This document shows, one piece after another, positions 10,433-21,100 of a stretch of DNA of 64,000 nucleotides. The stretch is from Methanospirillaceae archaeon (GTDB lineage Archaea > Halobacteriota > Methanomicrobia > Methanomicrobiales > Methanospirillaceae). The notes below the pieces were generated by a model. That model searched no databases and was not told where the DNA came from. It was given only the letters and a program-made list of their open reading frames with translations. A program made the position numbers and the translations under genes. Position 1 is the stretch's first letter. Each line of letters begins with the position of its first letter. The DNA lies in the NCBI GenBank assembly GCA_016926505.1, contig JAFGOM010000009.1:2805-66804 (forward strand), given 5' to 3'.

Positions 10433-11180
10433 TGTATCTTTCATCTCTCACACTCTTTTTCAGATACCCCCTGCTGATCCTGATCAGCCTGCTGCAGGTA
10501 CGAAATTCCCGTTTGTTTGTATTTATATCAGAAAGAGACCCTGATCCGGTAATTTTCAGACAGGACTACCCGGACTCCGGTCAGGGGATAAACCTTTCCC
10601 GTCCTTCTCTTTCCGGTAAAACGAAAAACCACTGATATTCAGAGAAAATAACAATAATCAATAGAATCGGGAATCTGCAACACATATATCAGGATGACTC
10701 TTCTTAGAGTACTTCCTGCCCTCAACCATCACTAATGAGACACACCAGAAATTCCTGATGCGTTCTTCCGGGTACTGACCTTTTTTTTATGCGCGATAAC
10801 ACCCTGAAACGAATACCCGCACCGTAATGACAGGATATCTCCTTTTCCTGACCCCTGGAATCGTTAAGCCGGAACGATTCTGTCATCCCTGCCAGGAACC
10901 AGCAAAGATCTCACCTGCGAAATTTCCACCGGATTAGCCGTTTCCTCGAAAAAAACGACGTTATTGATTAATATCACCATAAAGGAGTCATCAGTCCAGA
11001 CTATCCTGCATGACTATCAAGAACAGAGTTGTTTCTCCAGGACAAAAAAAAGAGCATTACTCTCTTAACAAACGACGGTGCCATACCGAATTACGCTCAT
11101 GAACCCTGCCCGGAGAATAAAAACAGTTCTCTTCTGATACCATTTCATAATCAAGAAGAACAAATCTTTATGGGATTGTC

Positions 11181-12188
11181 GTGAAGGCCAGACTCGACGG
11201 GAAACAGATTTTTCTTGACAAGGATGGGATCCAGTTCTATGAACAGAGCGGTTACGGCCGCCCTGTCGGGGATGGACTACGGTTACGTCCGGCCGAGGCA
11301 TTGTATCTTGTGTACCGAAACAAGATCGAGATCCCTGACCATACCTTTGACTCCCTTTTATCATTATTCTGCCAGGACTCAGGATTTATCAGGCAGTTTT
11401 TAGTATACTGGGACATTCGTGAACGGGGATATGCAATCCAGACAGGACCACAGGACTTCAGGATCTTTAAACGCGGTCACCGGCCCGGGCGTGGTGAGTC
11501 CCTGTACATGTTACGGGTCCTCTCTGAACGCGAATTAATCGACTTCTCGCAGATACACTCGGATCTCTGTGCTACTGCACATATGAGAAAGCAACATCTT
11601 CTTGGCGTCGTTGATGATGAGAACGAGATAACCTATTATGAGATAAAAAGACAAAAGCCGATCCCGGTTACCGAACTCAATGAAATATCACCGGCAACCG
11701 GCTCCCTTGCAGGTCGCTCTGTTGTTGTATCCATCTCCCCTGATTCTTCGTTTGATACCGCGTTTCTCGGTAAACGGCTTGACAATGAGCGCCTGATGCT
11801 CTCCCCTGTTGAAGCAGTCTGGCTGATGCGAACGAGGCTCCTCTCTCTTTTTCGCGATGCCGGACAGATCTCTCCTGACCTGTTTTTAGATGAATTAACA
11901 GAGAGTGATCCTGAGATGCGTGAGAAACTTGCCGTATATGAAGACTTACGAAGGCTTGGATATACCCCGAAAACAGGGTACAAATTCGGACATCATTTCC
12001 GGGTATACTCAGGGAAGAAAATTCATTCAGAGATGCTTGTCCAGGCAATACCTCCCGGAATGACACTTCCCATGAATATCATCTCTCGATCCGTGCGAAT
12101 GGCTCATAGCGTCAGGAAGCAGATGTTTTTTGCCTGTGTTCAGTCTGAAGGAATCGTTTACATTGAATTTGCCAGGATTAAACTGTGA
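11181..12188 (+). CDS. endA: tRNA-splicing endonuclease, tandem two-repeat type
   Basis: The C-terminal repeat carries the catalytic pattern 'GHHFRVYSG..HSEMLV..HSVRKQMFFA' (Y/H/K). The N-terminal repeat is degenerate ('FRIFKRG..ESLYML..HMRKQ'). GTG start. Confidence 0.85.
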   Translation: MKARLDGKQIFLDKDGIQFYEQSGYGRPVGDGLRLRPAEALYLVYRNKIEIPDHTFDSLLSLFCQDSGFIRQFLVYWDIRERGYAIQTGPQDFRIFKRGHRPGRGESLYMLRVLSERELIDFSQIHSDLCATAHMRKQHLLGVVDDENEITYYEIKRQKPIPVTELNEISPATGSLAGRSVVVSISPDSSFDTAFLGKRLDNERLMLSPVEAVWLMRTRLLSLFRDAGQISPDLFLDELTESDPEMREKLAVYEDLRRLGYTPKTGYKFGHHFRVYSGKKIHSEMLVQAIPPGMTLPMNIISRSVRMAHSVRKQMFFACVQSEGIVYIEFARIKL

Positions 12189-12200
12189 TTGTGGTTTTAC

Positions 12201-13469
12201 ATGGAAGGATCATCTATTAACCCCTGGGCATCAGAGACCAGTCTTTCGGTAGAACGGCTCTTTGCCGAGTTTGGTATTGAACCCATTGACCAGGTAGTTG
12301 ACCGGCTCCCTGAAAAACCGGTATTCTTTCGGAGAGGAATTGTCTTTGGCCACCGGGATTACAACCAGATTGCCGATGCCATCAGGCTCAATCATCCATT
12401 TTACGTTATGACCGGTTTCATGCCCTCAGGCCATCCCCATCTTGGACACCTGATGGTGATGAAAGAGGTAGTCTGGCATGTCATGCAGGGGGGAACGGGA
12501 TCTATCTGTATCGCGGATCGGGAAGCCCATGCGGTCAGGGACCTCTCCTGGGATGACTGTGACCGGTATGCAAAGGAGTACTTAAACTGTCTCTTTGCAT
12601 TAGGTTACACCGGAAAGACATACAGTCAGCGAAAGAGCCGTGATCTCCAGGATCTCTGCTTTGAAGCATCAACAAAGGTTAACTTCTCAGAACTGGCAGC
12701 AATTTACGGATTCGGACCTGATACCGATCTCGGACATGCAATCAGTGTCACAACCCAGGTTGCTGATATCCTGTATCCGCAGGTAGCAGGAAAACCGGCA
12801 CCAACCGTTGTCCCGGTCGGTCTTGACCAGGATCCCCATATCAGGCTTACCAGAGGGATCGCTCACAAGATGAGAATGTTTACGATACAAGAACACGACG
12901 GCTGTATCAGTGTAAGATCAAAAAATGCACCAGAATCAGCAATGGATTCGATTGCAGGGATGTTTCCCAGAGTCAGACGGTGTAGCGGTCATATTGATAT
13001 CTACGACGCATCCTGCGGGGACGTAAAAACGCAAATCAGAAACATTGAGATTGCACACGGAGGCTATGGATTTGTCACTCCTTCGGCAACATTTCACCGG
13101 TTCATGCCAGGATTACAGGGAGGGAAGATGTCCTCATCAGTACCTGACAGCATCATCGGGTTTATGGAGGATGATATAACGGTGAAAAAGAAGGTGATGG
13201 GAGCTCTTACCGGAGGGCGGCAGACTCTCGCTCTACAGAAGGAATTTGGCGGGCGGCCTGATGAGTGTCCGGTATTTCTCTTAAACCTCTTTCATATGAT
13301 TGATGATGATGCAACACTTGCCGCCCTGCATGAACAGTGTATCAGGGGAGAACTCATGTGCGGACAATGTAAATCAGATACTGCATCACGGGTACAGGAA
13401 TTTCTTGTCAAATTCCGGGAAAAGATGGATGAAACAGAACACCAGGTAAAGGAGTGCGGATGGCTCTGA
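12201..13469 (+). CDS. trpS: Tryptophan--tRNA ligase (archaeal/eukaryotic type)
   Basis: Class I motifs 'PSGHPHLGH' and 'KMSSS'. C-terminal 'TGGRQT..GGRPDECPVF..CGQCK' is typical of archaeal TrpRS. The endA-trpS arrangement also fits. TyrRS is the less likely alternative. Confidence 0.75.
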   Translation: MEGSSINPWASETSLSVERLFAEFGIEPIDQVVDRLPEKPVFFRRGIVFGHRDYNQIADAIRLNHPFYVMTGFMPSGHPHLGHLMVMKEVVWHVMQGGTGSICIADREAHAVRDLSWDDCDRYAKEYLNCLFALGYTGKTYSQRKSRDLQDLCFEASTKVNFSELAAIYGFGPDTDLGHAISVTTQVADILYPQVAGKPAPTVVPVGLDQDPHIRLTRGIAHKMRMFTIQEHDGCISVRSKNAPESAMDSIAGMFPRVRRCSGHIDIYDASCGDVKTQIRNIEIAHGGYGFVTPSATFHRFMPGLQGGKMSSSVPDSIIGFMEDDITVKKKVMGALTGGRQTLALQKEFGGRPDECPVFLLNLFHMIDDDATLAALHEQCIRGELMCGQCKSDTASRVQEFLVKFREKMDETEHQVKECGWL

Positions 13470-14950
13470 CATATCATGAGAAGGTGCTTCTGGGAGCCCT
13501 CTCAGAGAAAGGATCCGGAACACCACAGGAACTGGGAACTGCAATCGGCAGGGATGGGGATGCAGTTCTCCAGTATGGATACCTCCTGCAGGACAGAAAC
13601 CTTGCATCAATCCACCGGGAAACAACAGTCAGTTATACGAGGACCGATGAGGGGGAAGAATATAACAGAAACGGACTCCCTGAACGTCAGCTGTACAGGA
13701 GCTTTGAATCATCCATACCGGTTGCTGAGCTCAATACCCATCCCCTTGCACGGATAGGGATTGGATGGATGAGACGGCTGGGCTGGATATCCATTGCTGA
13801 TGGTATTATCACAAAGAAAAATGATGCCCCGGTATCGGATATTGAGAAGGCACTCGCAGATCCCGGAGCAGCAGATGCCGGAAATATTGCCGATCTTCTC
13901 AGGAGAGGACTCATCTCGCAGGTCGAATCAGTGACCTATACCATCGGTATCACAAAAGAGGGAACAAAGGTCGCTGCTGCAGGTCTTGACCTGACCGAAG
14001 AGACGGGTACACTTTCCAGTGACCAGATAACATCAGGAGAATGGAAAAACCTCTCCCTTCGGCGATATGACATCAGAAAACCACCAAAACCGCTCTATCC
14101 CGGAAAGATACACCCCTACCAGCAGCTCATTGACCAGATGCGCAGGATACTTCTCGAGATGGGTTTTACCGAACTGCACGGAGAGATCGTCCAGAGCAGT
14201 TTCTGGAATTTTGACGCCCTTTTTCAGCCACAGGATCATCCGGCACGCGAGATGCAGGATACGTTTCATCTCGCAGGAAAGATGCCACTCCCCCGGGGGT
14301 GGGAAGCGGTACAGGCAATGCATGAGAACGGGGGAGAGACCTCCTCAACCGGATGGGGAAGGAGTTGGGATCCAGAGAAAGCCAAAGCCACAGTCCTGCG
14401 GACCCATACCACCTCCCTTTCAATCCAATACCTTGCATCCCACACAAAACCACCGGTAAAGGCCTTTGCAATAGGCAGGGTTTACCGGCGTGAGGCGATC
14501 GATCCGACACATACTCCTGAATTTGAACAACTGGAAGGGATCGTCATGGATGAAGAGGTCAACTTCCGTCACCTGATGGGATACCTCCGCGAGTTTTATC
14601 ACCGGATGGGGTTTTCAGATGTCCGGTTCAGACCCGGATATTTCCCCTATACCGAACCCTCGGTTGAACCGGAGGTCTATGTATCAGGACTTGGCTGGGT
14701 TGAACTCGGGGGTGCCGGTATCTTCAGGCAGGAAGTAACAGCACCGTTTGGGATCGAATATCCGGTTCTTGCCTGGGGTCTTGGTGCCTCCCGGGTTGCA
14801 ATGCTCAAGATGGGTTTAAAAGACCTGCGGGAACTTTACCAGAGCGATATCGACTGGATACGGAATACTCCGGCAGGACCGGGGAATATCCGGGCCGGGC
14901 TACGCGTTCAACCTGCCATGGATACTGATAAAGACCGGGAGGAACACTGA
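13460..14950 (+). CDS. pheS: Phenylalanine--tRNA ligase alpha subunit
   Basis: Class II motifs 'FQPQDHPAREMQDTF', 'LRTHTTS', 'GRVYRRE..D..H..EFEQLEG', 'GAGIFR'. ATG 13460 lies after GGAG. Confidence 0.9.
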   Translation: MALTYHEKVLLGALSEKGSGTPQELGTAIGRDGDAVLQYGYLLQDRNLASIHRETTVSYTRTDEGEEYNRNGLPERQLYRSFESSIPVAELNTHPLARIGIGWMRRLGWISIADGIITKKNDAPVSDIEKALADPGAADAGNIADLLRRGLISQVESVTYTIGITKEGTKVAAAGLDLTEETGTLSSDQITSGEWKNLSLRRYDIRKPPKPLYPGKIHPYQQLIDQMRRILLEMGFTELHGEIVQSSFWNFDALFQPQDHPAREMQDTFHLAGKMPLPRGWEAVQAMHENGGETSSTGWGRSWDPEKAKATVLRTHTTSLSIQYLASHTKPPVKAFAIGRVYRREAIDPTHTPEFEQLEGIVMDEEVNFRHLMGYLREFYHRMGFSDVRFRPGYFPYTEPSVEPEVYVSGLGWVELGGAGIFRQEVTAPFGIEYPVLAWGLGASRVAMLKMGLKDLRELYQSDIDWIRNTPAGPGNIRAGLRVQPAMDTDKDREEH

Positions 14951-16566
14951 TGCCGATAATATCACTCCCCAATGCGTACTTACAAAGACTGACCGGTGCC
15001 GATATAGAGACCATCATTAAAAGACTTCCGATGATAGGAAGTGATATCGAACGGATTCTCCCCGAACAGGTTGACGTTGAGTTCTTCCCCTGCCGTCCGG
15101 ATCTCTTCTCAACAGAAGGAGTTGCACGGGCCATGCAGGGATTTTTAAATCTTGTCACCGGAGAAGAAGAGTTCCAAACAACACCGGGGACAATCTCGTT
15201 CTCTGTTGATCCCAATATTGCTTTGATCCGCCCATATATCGGTTCTGCCGTTATCAGGAATGTCTCACTTGATAACGAGGCTATCCTCTCCCTTATGGGC
15301 GTTCAGGAGGCACTTCACTGGGTTGTCGGCAGGGGTCGGGCAAAGGTCGCCATCGGCGTTCATGATCTCGACACGGTCAGACCACCGTTCCGGTACTTTG
15401 GTGCACAAAAAACCCGGTCTTTTATCCCCCTTGATTTCAATGAGGAGATGACACTTGAGCAGATCTGCAATGATCATCCGAAAGGACGGATGTATGCCCA
15501 TATCGTTGCCGATAAACCACTTATGCCATTAATCGAGGATGCAGACGGACAGGTGCTTTCTTTTCCTCCCATCATAAACGGTGAATTAACGAGGGTAACT
15601 GAAAAGACACATAATCTTCTCCTTGATGTGACCGGAACCGATCTGCCTTCGGTAACCACTGCAGTGCAGATACTCTGTACTTCGCTTATCACTGCAGGCG
15701 GGACCTGCGAAGAGGTACAGATAGACGGCACCATCTGGCCTGACCTCTCCTCAAAAGAGCGGATGATATCGGTGAGTGAATGCAACAGTCTTTTAGGTCT
15801 GGATCTCTCTGCAGCCGATATGGCTGAGATTCTTAGACGTATGCGATATGATGCAAAACCCGCAGAAGACGATACCGTCCTCGTATCTGTGCCCTGCTAC
15901 CGATCAGATATCATGCATGACTGGGATATCTTCGAGGATGTCTGCATCGGGTACGGATATGATCAGATCGTACCAAAACTCCCCCTGACATCAACCATCG
16001 GAGAAGAACACCCGGTCATGCAGATGGCTTCAGGGGTCAGGAGTATCATGACAGGTATGGGTTTTTCTGAAGTGATGCCATTCTCCCTTACCAACGAACG
16101 GATCATGTACGACAGGATGCAACGGGAGCGGGATACCCGTGCTCTCTCTGTTTTACATCCCATCAGTGAAGAACAGACCATGATACGGACAGATCTCCTT
16201 CCGGTTCTCATGGAGATGCTTCAGTTAAACAAGAAACGTGAGTTGCCACAGAGGTTGTTTATGATCGGTGATGTCGTATGTGACCAGTGCACGTATCAGA
16301 AGGTTGCAGGGGTCTGTATCCAGCCGGGTGCTGACTTCTCGCTTGCATATGCTACGGCAGATGGACTGATGCGTGAACTGGGACTGAGTTACACAGTCAG
16401 AGAATCATATGACCCTGCATTTATTCCCGGCAGAAGCGCAGACCTGCTTGTCGACGAGAGAGAGGCAGGGGGTTTTGGTGAGATTCATCCCGGAGTTCTG
16501 AATGCGTTTGACCTGGATCAGCCGGTTGCTGCTGTAGAACTCGATCTCAGGGTTCTTTTTATCTGA
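14950..16566 (+). CDS. pheT: Phenylalanine--tRNA ligase beta subunit (archaeal type)
   Basis: ATGA overlap with pheS. The B3/4 and B5-like regions and the length (538 aa) are typical of archaeal PheT. Confidence 0.9.
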   Translation: MPIISLPNAYLQRLTGADIETIIKRLPMIGSDIERILPEQVDVEFFPCRPDLFSTEGVARAMQGFLNLVTGEEEFQTTPGTISFSVDPNIALIRPYIGSAVIRNVSLDNEAILSLMGVQEALHWVVGRGRAKVAIGVHDLDTVRPPFRYFGAQKTRSFIPLDFNEEMTLEQICNDHPKGRMYAHIVADKPLMPLIEDADGQVLSFPPIINGELTRVTEKTHNLLLDVTGTDLPSVTTAVQILCTSLITAGGTCEEVQIDGTIWPDLSSKERMISVSECNSLLGLDLSAADMAEILRRMRYDAKPAEDDTVLVSVPCYRSDIMHDWDIFEDVCIGYGYDQIVPKLPLTSTIGEEHPVMQMASGVRSIMTGMGFSEVMPFSLTNERIMYDRMQRERDTRALSVLHPISEEQTMIRTDLLPVLMEMLQLNKKRELPQRLFMIGDVVCDQCTYQKVAGVCIQPGADFSLAYATADGLMRELGLSYTVRESYDPAFIPGRSADLLVDEREAGGFGEIHPGVLNAFDLDQPVAAVELDLRVLFI

Positions 16567-16606
16567 TATTTTGTCAGATGACGGATCGGTTCAGATAAAG
16601 ATCCCC

Positions 16607-16613
16607 TTTTTTT
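16607..16613 (+). terminator. Oligo-T tract downstream of pheT
   Basis: A T7 run 41 nt after the pheT stop. Archaeal termination commonly uses oligo-T. Confidence 0.3.
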
Positions 16614-17169
16614 CGTGATACGGGTGGTTTTTTCTATCATGGGATCGAAACCACCAAATAAAAAGATGATCGATCACTACAGACCAAAAATTCACAATGA
16701 GACGAGTGAATACCTTCAGCAGAACAGAAGAGGGTACCGGGTATCGATTATGCTGCACAACGGGCTCTCTTTACCGGGGACCGGATTAATTGAGCATGTT
16801 ACAAAAAACAGGCAGGGATTGTTGTCAGAAGCAGTGATGATAAACCAGATCTCTTTTTTGCAGATACCTCTGCATCCGGAAACCCGGCACACAGGAATCA
16901 GGTATTGAAATGAACGGACGTTCGCACATGAGGGAATTCTTATTGTTTTTTATCCGGTTTTTAGGAGAAGATCCGGAAATGTCTGCCCGCAGTGGCACCA
17001 TCATCAGATACGTGCATGAACCATTGACCATGCAACGGCTTTTTCTTTCTGCACAGCAGAAACTCTCAAAGAAAAAGTGTATTAACAGAACACCGGTAGA
17101 ACGGCAAAAAAGTCTTCAAACAGGTTATCAAAGGAATATACACGCAGGGATTGCAATAAGGGAATATCT

Positions 17170-17589
17170 ATGAGTACAAAATCAGAGATTCAATCTCTCC
17201 TGGATCTTCCCGGGAGTGATATTTTAGAGAAATATCGTCATATCGGGATAGTGCCGGGAGACGAGATCGAGATCCAGACCCTCTCTGCACTGGCAGAAGA
17301 GTATGATATTCTTATTATTCTCTATTTTGAAGAGGACCTGGCACGAAATTCACAATACGAAAAAGACATAATCACGTTTCAGAATGACGGCGAGTATGAA
17401 CGGCCGTTCATCAGAATTGACCGTTTTATTGATTTTCAGAGAAGAAACAACCCGGTGTTTGATGAAGCACTTGCAATGGTACCGCTCATGGTTGAGATCA
17501 TCACTGCAGGCACCATGCAGACCAATGCAGGAGACCAGCCTCTTGTCACCGCTCTTCTGCCCTTCCTTGACGAGTTAGATCTTGATTAG
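17170..17589 (+). CDS. Hypothetical acidic protein
   Basis: 139-aa ORF with coding-like composition. No family was recognised. Confidence 0.45.
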   Translation: MSTKSEIQSLLDLPGSDILEKYRHIGIVPGDEIEIQTLSALAEEYDILIILYFEEDLARNSQYEKDIITFQNDGEYERPFIRIDRFIDFQRRNNPVFDEALAMVPLMVEIITAGTMQTNAGDQPLVTALLPFLDELDLD

Positions 17590-17775
17590 GGATTTTTCTC
17601 TGTATATGGATAAAAATCCCAAAAATCTGTACCCGCTCCTTTCAAATCCAGCCTTGATTTTCCCTTCATTGCAGTGTGCCTGAAATTCCGCCGGGTTTGA
17701 TATCTGACCCAAAACCGGATATGATACCCTGACATGACCATACATTTTTATACACACAACCGGTACGTATAGTTT

Positions 17776-18084
17776 ATGAAAAAAACGGGGATGCTTATCC
17801 TGGGTCTTGTCATCATCGTGTGCATCTTTTTATCAGGTTGTACCCAGCAGCAGGAAGAAGATATTGCAAATAAAACGTCTGTAATCACCCATGCTGAGGA
17901 GATTGGTGATACCGTCCATGTTGTATCACAATTCCCTGCACAGGCCACTATCCCTTCTCTTATCCCTGCTGCATCTGAAAAGCCGATACAGGTCATGGTA
18001 GAGGTAGGGAATACAGAGGGAAAGCCGGTCAAAGACGTTGAGGTGAAGGTCTCTTTCTATCCTGAACAACAGGATAACCCTTAA
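17776..18084 (+). CDS. Small secreted/lipoprotein-like protein
   Basis: Signal peptide with a lipobox-like 'FLSGC'. Confidence 0.5.
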   Translation: MKKTGMLILGLVIIVCIFLSGCTQQQEEDIANKTSVITHAEEIGDTVHVVSQFPAQATIPSLIPAASEKPIQVMVEVGNTEGKPVKDVEVKVSFYPEQQDNP

Positions 18085-18149
18085 TCTGTTTTTTCGGGAA
18101 AAACAGACTCTGTTCTTCTTCTTTGTATATTTTTTGCTGCAGGCAAACC

Positions 18150-21100
18150 TTACGGGTGACACCGGAGCCGGCTTGCGATAGCCTCTATCTGGACACGGTC
18201 ATACCGGGGATCGAGGATTATCCGGCAGAGCCAGTCACAGATCTGAACCTTGTACTCAAAGAGGGCGTAATCAAACAGTTCATCATGCCTTTTTAGAGAA
18301 GAATCTGCAAAGAGAGAGAGGAAATACCTGACCGGTTTCGGATCATCAATATCAATAATGGAACGGATTACCGGGGTATACGGTTTTTTGGTTTTGGAAC
18401 TGGTATCCCTGACCTGGTTTATCAGGCATGCGATAACTTCCTCATTCCCGTAAGCTTCTCCAAACCTGATGATGGCATCCAGAGCTTCCTTCCGTACATC
18501 CTGGTCCTGATCTGCAAGAACATGAACCAGGGGACAGATCTTTCGTGCATCCTGGATCTTTGCAAGGGCAGCTGTCGCTTCCTTCCGGATACCTGGATCT
18601 TTATAGTATAAACATGAGATAAGGGCATCGGTTGAGGTATCTCGTGCAATCTGCCCGAGAATCCTGATAATTGCATAACAGTGCTCGCGGGTCTCGTGCC
18701 GTAATGCATTCGTTAAGGGGAAGATATCATCCCCGGAAAGATCCCGGACCCGATCCCAATCCCGTTTTCCTACATGATAAAATATCTCGTTGTAATGATC
18801 CGTCACCGTTCGTTCGAGCATATCAACAATCCGTGACAGGGGTGCAAGGTCACTGTAATACACCCCGTTTATCTGTTCCATGAACCAGTCACCAAACAGG
18901 GTTTTGGTATCAATGGATATGTGTGAGACAAGTCTTTTTGTAAAAAGGGGGATGAATAGTGAGACTGCCTCCTTGCCCGTAATTGCAGGTATATTCCTGA
19001 TAACGTCCTGGTACCGGGGATCGGTGCAAAGAATCTCAAATCCCTGGATTTTAATATCCTCTTCCATCCTCCGTAAAGCCAGTTCTGATTCTTTTGATTC
19101 CGGTGAAGAATCGGGTAATGCAGAGATAAGAAGAGGAACAATACGCGGATCCCTGATGTATCCGGCCAGCCGGTACAGTTCCAAAGACCGCTCTGATCTC
19201 TGTACGAGGTGTAGGAACGGTTCTGTTGCGGTCGTACCGGCCTGCCGTATCCCTTCAGTATCATTCGACCCTGCATAATACAGAATGGTATCATGAACAC
19301 TTTCCGGATGCCAGTCGAGCTCGTCAAGGATACGAATAATCGCCGGCAGTTCCTTAAAAGGAGCGGATACTAAAGCACGGGTAATGAATGGGAGTATCCT
19401 GCTTTTGTCGTTTCTGGTTGCAAGAGAGAAATCCAGGAGATGATTCCACTCATGGGTGGCAAGAAAATACATAAACCGGCTCTCATCACCGACCGGGTAC
19501 CATGCAAGTTTAAGAAGAAGTGCTGCTGACCTGCTCACGAGGTAATCATCACGGGATAAAAGACCGGAAGATAACCAGGTCACCAAAACTCTCCTGTTCC
19601 GGTCAATGACATCTCGACAAACGGGTATTTGGATAACCGAATCAAGCAGCCCTGCCAAATACTTTTTACTCTCTTTATCCCGTACCCGGGTACAGGCAGC
19701 AGGGAATGTAAGAGAACAATTCTCATCTGCCAGAAGATCTGCAGTAACGCTCATTACATCCCTTTCATCAAACAATGCAAGCAGGGAGACCAGATCTGAT
19801 ACAAAAACCCCTTTGGACAGGGATATAAGCCGCATGATCTGGAGAATTGCAGGTCTGCCGTACGGTAAAATCCGATAATGATCTCTTTTGCCGATATGGT
19901 ACAATATACCGGTCCCGGTATCTGCCGGGGGAATACCTCCGATCCGCTCGACAATACCGCACGCCATGACCAGTTCAGGGTAAGAAAGCCATAACATCTG
20001 CCGATATATCCAGGATAAGACCTGATCCTTCTCGTCTGACTGAAGCAGTTTCACGATCTCGGGAGTCTCCTCATCTCCAAAAGAGAAGAGAGAGAAGAGG
20101 AATATCCTTTCGGATGAAAGGGATACCCGGGACAGATTCGCGATGAACGTTTTCAGGTAATCCGATCCGTTATGCCCTGACCGGTTCCGTGCAAAGACCG
20201 GGATGATATCCACCGGTGCACAATGCGATAATGCAAAGAAATAAGGGAAAGAAGACGAGTTATCCTCTCTTCCTGCATATGCAAGAACATTCGAAACTCC
20301 TGAAATTCCGTGACGCCCGATGGCCTCCCAGTCGTTCTTACCGATAGAATACAAAATCCATGACTCTTCCCCTGGCGGACACCATCCGTACCGGGAAAGA
20401 AGCGTACAGCAGTCGATAAGCTGATGATAGGGAAGAGATGGAAGAAGTGAGTTAAGAAAAGAGAGTAACAACGGTCTTAATTCAGGAGATACATCCCGGA
20501 TGCCGGAGGGGTGCAGCTCGCTTGTCTCTTTGGGATCTGATATCAGGAGAAGGGCAGAGATCAGGATCCCGACAGAGGCGGTATCATGAATCAGGAGATG
20601 AGTACTGTCATGCAAGGCCTGGATAAAGGAAAGAAGACCAGGTTTCTTTCTTGTAAGCGGCTGTAAGAATGTTGCCAGGATATCGGCCCCTGACCGGGTG
20701 AGAACCCGGATCATCTGTATCTTTGTTTGCAGGTCTGCTTCACCAATGCGATACAGAACCGGGTTAAACGCAGCCGGACCGTAAAGAGTTACTGTTTCCC
20801 AGTCCCTGCTCCCGATAGCATATAAAAGCCGGGCGGTAAACCCGAGAGGGTAGTAGTGAGTATGTGCAAGAACCGATACCAGCAAAAAGAGATCAGAAAG
20901 AGCAGAGTACGGGATATGCGAAGCAACCCATTCGATCAACTCTCCTGACATGAGATCCTGTGAGGCAGGAAGACAGGCAAGCATCTCTTTCCATCTTCGT
21001 AACCCGGCATAGTAGAGTAATTTCCGGTTACCGATGGGGTACCAGTCCAGTTCCTCTAAAAGACCTGATGCCAGGGGGAGACAGGATGGTGGAATACAGG

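Noticed and set aside
16615-17173. ORFs 16615..16908 (+), 16825..17031 (-) and 16910..17173 (+) in the gap between pheT and the 17170 gene
   Set aside because: They overlap one another, have no recognisable family, and have poor coding-like composition. The 600-bp region is left unannotated rather than given a forced call.
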